Below the pieces are notes generated by a model that was given only the letters and a program-made list of their open reading frames with translations, made no database searches and was not told the origin of the DNA. Of a DNA stretch of 64,000 nt, positions 57,204 through 64,000 are shown in pieces. Both the position numbers and the translations under genes were made by a program. The stretch lies in assembly GCA_012295275.1 (NCBI GenBank), contig CM022678.1, positions 5,332,001-5,396,000 of the forward strand, read 5' to 3'. Source of the stretch: Chrysomallon squamiferum. Taxonomy: Eukaryota; Animalia; Mollusca. Positions within the stretch are counted from its first letter, which is position 1; each line of letters begins with the position of its first letter.

Positions 57204-57260
57204 ACGGGGTTCGAACTTGCTATCTGCCAGACAAACAGCGTAATTTAACCACAGCTCTAT
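57204..57260 (-). mobile_element. Possible remnant of a tRNA-derived SINE head
   Basis: Minus strand reads atagagctgtggttaaa (A-box-like) ... aagttcgaaccccgt (B-box GTTCGAACC). No cloverleaf could be built. Confidence 0.3.
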
Positions 57261-57658
57261 GTAGATGGTCTGTCCCCACACTAGTTAGATATGATGCTTA
57301 TTACCCAGTTATTTGAACGAATCAGAGAAAAGCTGGGTTTGTTACTAGATACATAATAATATTACATGTACGATTAATTTTGAAACCAGACTTGTATACA
57401 AACCTAATTAGATTGTGAAGTATTGATTATTGATACGTGTTTATATTATGTTTGTGTTCTGTAACTGAGTATACTAAGAAATAATAATTATTATTATGAT
57501 TAAGGAAGGAAAGAAAGAAAGAAGGAAGGAAAGGAAAGAAGAAGAAGGAAATTAAGAAAAAGTTTTATTTCGAAATTAATATTATATTTTGTTAATGGAG
57601 GAAATTAAATGTGTAGAATCCAAAACAACAACAACCACTGCAACAACAATAACAATAA

Positions 57659-57731
<73 letters not shown>

Positions 57732-58227
57732 AAGAAGAAGAAGAACACGAACAAGAAGAACAAAAAAACAAACAAATATGGTAATAGTAATAATAATAAT
57801 AAATTATTAAGTGGACTAAACAGTTCAAACAAACAAAATGAATAAAACCAACTAGTTAACTAGACATATGTTTACTACTGACTTAACATTAGTAGACTGA
57901 ATAAGTAACTGATGAAGACGTTATTAAAAATCAGGATTAAACCATAATAAGCAAATCAGCACATTAATTTAGTAGATCTAATCTACGTCATCACCAAAAC
58001 AGCGCCGTTTTGCACGACCACAATTACCTGCATCGCCGTGTTTACAGATAAAGCATGTTTTTAATTCTAATCAGCCATATCAATTTGCTCTGACCTTGCC
58101 AAACATCATCAGTTTGTTGACGGAGTCAGGTTTCAAAACGGCTTAGAGTGATGTCCCCTGTTGGGCGTATAGATGGCGTTTATCTATTCACAAATTGGAT
58201 AAACTATGTAGTTATCTTTACAATTTT

Positions 58228-58274
<47 letters not shown>

Positions 58275-58380
58275 TCAGTAATTTCGGGTCACGACTGCTG
58301 GACCATTACATAAAATTTCAGATGACCAGAGGGAGCCTGAGCTTGTTCTCGTTTATTTCGTTGTTGTTTGTTTTCTGACA

Positions 58381-58461
58381 ATGTTTAAGGTAAGTTCACT
58401 GATTCGTTTTGAGATCTGCGGTTGTATGCACGTAGAACGACAAAGATTAATGTAACAGTTT

Positions 58462-58540
<79 letters not shown>

Positions 58541-58682
58541 CCCCCCGACAGATTTATATATACACAAACACACAACACTACTACTACTACTAATAATAAT
58601 AATAATTACGTTAACAATAACAGCAATAGCGGCAACAGTAAAATAGTAATAATAATAAATATTTACAACAAATATGTATGTG

Positions 58683-58713
<31 letters not shown>

Positions 58714-59877
58714 GTATAAATATATATGTATGCGCGCGCGTGTGTGTATGTATGTATGTATATATATATAGTCATACTTAAAAATAGCATACAAGCAAAC
58801 AAACAAAAAATATATTCCCAAAACACCCATAATTCCTTTAGATCACACATTTTAGAATGTTTACGGTAGTCGACGCTATAAAGAAATGTGTCTTGTAAAA
58901 GTTTTTGCTGAATACGCAGTCACTTCTGTACGGTCATTTATATCTCAAAATAAGTTAATACAAGTTCATTCAAGCGTGATTTTATCTCGTGAATTACTAG
59001 ATAAAAAATATCTCTGTCTTATTTTTTTTTTGTTGACCTTGAAGCATTTGTGCAGGTTCATTTAGTGAGAAAACTTTAGAATAAAATGAAGAAAAAATAA
59101 AATAATAATAAAAGGAAAGAACAAGAAGAAAAGAAAAAAAATATATATATATATATAAAAAAAGGATAATAATAAAAATGATAATTAGAATGGGGTTATA
59201 TATTGATAATCAATGTAAATGTGTAATGAAAGTGTATGACAATAGTCATAAATATTCAGGTTAATGGAATTTATATGATAATTAGCTTCATGCTGTCAAA
59301 GTTTATCACGAAACATGAAAAATTAAAGCAGCATAATTTAATACGGAAAATTCTAAATAAAAATAAAGCAAAACATCTCAAGTTCGTAAAAAAAAAAAGA
59401 TAAAAAGTTTTTGCATATTATTTATTTACTTGTTTACTTAATTATTTACCCTTCGATATAGAAATCATGTTAGTTGTTAAGATTTGTATATGCTGTTATT
59501 GGGAAGGTGTGAATAAAAGAAAGATGGCGGCTAGTCTTTAAAGGTTGCCCTTACTATTGCGTCAGTATGCTACGTCAGAACAACCCATTGCATGAATTTT
59601 TATTCATTCATGCTGATAGACTAAATGACGTCAGCGGGTCTATTCATTCATGCTGGGTCATGAAATGTCACCAGTTTGTTTGCTGTCTTGTTTTATATAC
59701 GTGACTTTAAATTTGATACTCTTGTTATGAAACTAAAAATAGAAAAAAGAAAAAAAAAAAGATTATTTTAAGTTTTTAGTCCTTGGGTGACTTTTACTGA
59801 GATTAATTCATGTCCGTGTATGTTCTTTATATGTAAGCAAAGCATTTTGACTGAGATAACTATTCACAAGTGATCGT

Positions 59878-59962
<85 letters not shown>

Positions 59963-60330
59963 CGTTGGGTCAAAACGAACTGGTGAAGTATGCAAACACC
60001 TCGGGCTAAAACATATACGGTTACAGAGAACACTTAACATAAACAGAGACCAAAGCCTAACAGCTACAATTTCGTTTCTATAGCTTTTTTTTTTACACAC
60101 AAAGCGGATGACAACGGGACAAAGAGCCTGACATCTTAAATACAAGTTGTCTGATGCACTATTAAATATCGTCAAAAGATAAATGATAGCAGATTGATGC
60201 ATGTTCTTATGCCTTAAATAGAAAGTGTTTTTGTTTTTTTTTCTTCTTTTTTTTTTCTTTTCTTTTCTTTTTATAAGAACCGCATTGAAAACGAGAAAAA
60301 AAAAAAAAAAAAAACAGTCATTTTTATGTT

Positions 60331-60378
<48 letters not shown>

Positions 60379-62005
60379 TTTGTCCTATATACGATGATCT
60401 TAGATATGTTTTCAACGCTGACATGATTTTTTTTCTCATGAATATTGTAAAGTCTTATATAGAAATTAACCATTAATTTTAATAATGAATGACGAAGCAC
60501 AATGCTCAATAGCACGCGTTTTATAGGCTGGATTCTTAGGCACAAGTCAAACGCCAGGGGTGCGGGACATGATAGAATGAATAAATTAATTAATATAAAG
60601 AATTCTGACAAGTAGGATCTCTGACGTAGGACTGATACAGTTGAATGATTTTTTATTTTATTTTATTTTTTTATTTTAATATGAACATGTCAAATATTTG
60701 AATATAAAAATAAAAATTAGGCAGTGTCATGTGAATGCTAATAGTATTTTTGAATCTATTTCTTTATCATGACTGTTTTTTTAATTTCGTGTGTGTGTGT
60801 GTGTTTATTTTCGTTATACAGTTTCACACATACTGTCGATAACTTTATTATTATGTTTATTTTAGGATTTTGTTTTCTTTTACTTTTTTTTTTAACTTAC
60901 TTTTATTTTTTGATGAAACAACATTTCTTCATCGTTTTAATAATAATAATAATAATAAAAATAATAGCAATAAATAATACTACTAATATTTTTATTTTTT
61001 ATTTTATTTTATTTTTATTTATTTTTTTACTAGATATTTCTGTTCGCGCTGTTCCTCCTTACAGTTTGGCAGCATCGGTCAGTTCACGCTTTACCGAGTC
61101 AATGCAAAACAAGCGGTGACGTGTTGACGTGCACGGGCCTTACGTCATTTCCTGTCCCCTTTGCGTCCGACGCCTCCACGGTCGTCATAACGACGTCGCA
61201 GTTGGCGGAGATACCCAGCAACGCGTTCAACGGCCTCAGCAACCTGACCAACCTGACGATAACGACGGTCAAGGTCGGGACGATCCGAGCATGCGCATTC
61301 GTGCTGCTGAAGCCGAAGACGCTGAGCGTGACGTTGGCGGACATCACGACCGTGGAGAGCAACGGCTTCTGCAACCTCACCGGTCGCGCCGGCGGCAAAA
61401 TGAGCTTCTACAAAGTGAAGATCGGAACGCTCCGTCCTCACGCCTTCAACAACATCGACGGCTTCGACCACTTCTCCGTCGACCTCGCTCACGTCACCAC
61501 CGTCGAGACGTACGCCTTCTACAACGTGAACCCCGTGAGCAGCGTGACCGTACGCAGGTCCGAACTGGAGGACGTCCGAGCCGGCGCGTTCCAGGAGATG
61601 AAAAAATCGGCGACCGTCGACTTCTACAGCCTCACCGTCGGTCGTTTAGGGTGCGGCACTTTCGACAAGATGCACACGGACCTGGGCGCGAAGTTCCACC
61701 TCTATTCGGTGTCCTTCGCGTGCGACTGCGAGCTCGGTTGGTTCGCTGATGCCGTGAAGACGACGGCAGCAATCGTCGGCAACGACGTCGCGTGCGGAAC
61801 GCCGTCCAACCTGAACGGTACCAAAATCGTCGACGTCACTGCAGCGCAGCTGTGCGGTCAGGCCACGCCTTCCTCGTGCAGTCCCAGCGGCGTGGCTCCG
61901 CCTACTTCGATTGACGTGTGTCTGACAGCTGGAGCGGCCCATGACGTCATCGGTTTCAGTGTACTGGCCTCGTTCCTGTTCGCCGCGTTTTTGAATACCA
62001 TGTAG
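58381..62005 (+). CDS. LRR cell-surface protein B, intact, 326 aa; join(58381-58389, 61034-62005); secreted, probably GPI-anchored
   Basis: ATG TTT AAG|gtaagt, phase 0, plus acceptor tttttactag|ATA gives signal peptide MFKIFLFALFLLTVWQHRSVHA-LPSQC. LRRs: IPSNAFNGLSNLTNLTI, IRACAF, VESNGFCNL, LRPHAFNNI, VETYAFYNV, VRAGAFQEM. Cap CDCELGWF. Tail AGAAHDVIGFSVLASFLFAAFLNTM*. Confidence 0.92.
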
Positions 62006-62667
62006 AACGGGCGAAGAATTTTTGTGACAGTTTTCGTGTTAATTTTTTCAAAGACTGTTTTTAGAATAATTATAATCAGAATATACGATTTACGTACGTC
62101 ATTCATAATAAATAAATCAATAAATAAATAAATCAATAAAATGCTAAATACAATGATAAATGTGTGCGGCGGCTTAGGATCACCAGTCATACGGTGAAAA
62201 TGATCAGAAACTCGGGTTTTCATGGAACCAGATAAACCAAATTAAAAGTGATATGCGATGCACGGCGGTGCTATGTCAGAGATTTTACATCAGTCTTGGC
62301 AAAACAAGTGTTTTTTTAGTTTTAGCATAATTTCGTTATCTAAGATTTTTGATAGGTCACACCAAAAAAAAAAAAAAATTAACTGTTTTCAGCAAAAAAA
62401 AAACATGGATAGACATGAAAGTCGATATGTTTTCTAAAATATTTATGGTGAAAAAAACAAACAAAAAAAGCACACAAAAAAAAGAGATTGATGCATTGGA
62501 CTGCATTAACAAGCTGGAACATCCTACTGGTTATCCTATGCCGATTAACGTATATTTGAAATACATTAAATATACATCAGTAACAGCAAATAGTAATAAA
62601 AAGAAGAAAGAGATTTATTAAAATGCTGCTAGCTCAGTAACGAGAGTTAGAGAACCAGTGCGTGTTC

Positions 62668-62782
<115 letters not shown>

Positions 62783-63102
62783 ATTATAATGTTTATTATT
62801 ATTATTACTGTCGTAGAGAAATACTGGTACACTTTGAGAGTTGACGTTTTCCTAATTATTATTAATTGTTATTTCTTTTGTATTTCTTCATTTTTATTTT
62901 TATTTATTTTCATTTTTATCTTATTTTATTTTATTTTATTATTTTCACAATCTAGTTGTACACCTTTCTCTCTTTATATTTTATTATACACCTTTTTTTT
63001 TTATAAAAAAAAAAAAAAAATTATTTTTATTATATATATATTTTCATTTTAAACAACCAAACAACCATTTTTTGCATCAAGCGTCGAAATTTTAGTAGAA
63101 TA

Positions 63103-63138
<36 letters not shown>

Positions 63139-63594
63139 AGGAAAGAAAAAAATGAACAATGACTCATGGAAGTATATATGATAGAAACGATAATAATTGA
63201 ATAAAACTTTATATTATATTGCATTACATCATATATTATATTATATTGTATCACAGAAAATATATTTGATAATAAATTTCAATACTTCTTTCAAATCATT
63301 AAGAATGAAAATACTCTGAGAGATATTTAGATGAAAACAAATACCTTTCTCACACTGGCGTAATTTGTGTTTTATGTGTGGTGTGTGTGTGTGTGTGCAT
63401 ACACATAGAGAGATAGATATATATATATATATTGATTTGTATGAGTATGCATGTGTATGTATAGACAGACAGATAAACAGACAGATTGATATATATATAT
63501 ATAATAATAATATAAATAATATTAATACTAATCTAATACTACTATTACTACTACTAGTACTACTACCACCAAATTCTACTACTACTACTACTAC

Positions 63595-63633
<39 letters not shown>

Positions 63634-64000
63634 CAACAACAACAACAACAACAACGATTGTTACCAGTTCGCTGAAACAGCGACATCGAAGTTTATCTTA
63701 AGTACGACACAAAACTTTAAAAATGAAAATGTATCAAAAAAAAAAAAAAAAAAAAAAAAGAAAAAAAACAAAATCAACAAAATATCTTCTGACTTTTGAT
63801 TCATAGGCGTCGAATAAGCAAAATATTTTATAAGTCAACTGAATCACCGAGCACAGCATGTATATTTTATGGTTCTGTTGGCTGATCTTGTTTATTTATT
63901 TGTGGGATGTTTTTTTTTTAGTTGTTAGAGTTCACAGAATATATAGGTTTCGCTTAGCATTTACATTAGAAAAAAACAAAATATATATATAAATATTTTA

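Noticed and set aside
57204-57260. tRNA gene on the minus strand
   Set aside because: Only A- and B-box-like motifs are present, with no acceptor or anticodon stems. At most a SINE head remnant.

Overview
AT-rich, microsatellite-dense eukaryotic DNA, probably from a gastropod mollusc (inferred from a degraded MetaSINE-like element and the repeat landscape). Most ORFs in the supplied track are microsatellite artefacts. Four real loci are visible, all on the + strand. (1) The 3' end of a large, low-complexity Lys/Thr-rich coding region (1-1713), broken by apparent 1-nt frameshifts. (2) A classical AQP4-like aquaporin spanning about 38 kb (10212-48603). It has TWO paralogous, intact first coding exons (10212-10442 and 14649-14882, ~53% aa identity, both ending in phase 0), each able to splice to one shared set of five downstream exons. 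Loop E reads NPS instead of NPA, and the protein ends in a PDZ-type -SSNL. (3, 4) Two tandem paralogous genes for secreted, probably GPI-anchored LRR proteins (51696-55601 with a single-base frameshift; 58381-62005 intact). The aquaporin introns also hold a templated ~600-bp insertion flanked by a 121-bp direct duplication, a 35-bp minisatellite containing TGACGTA, a promoter-like island and several local duplications. All coordinates, counts and alignments were done by eye.
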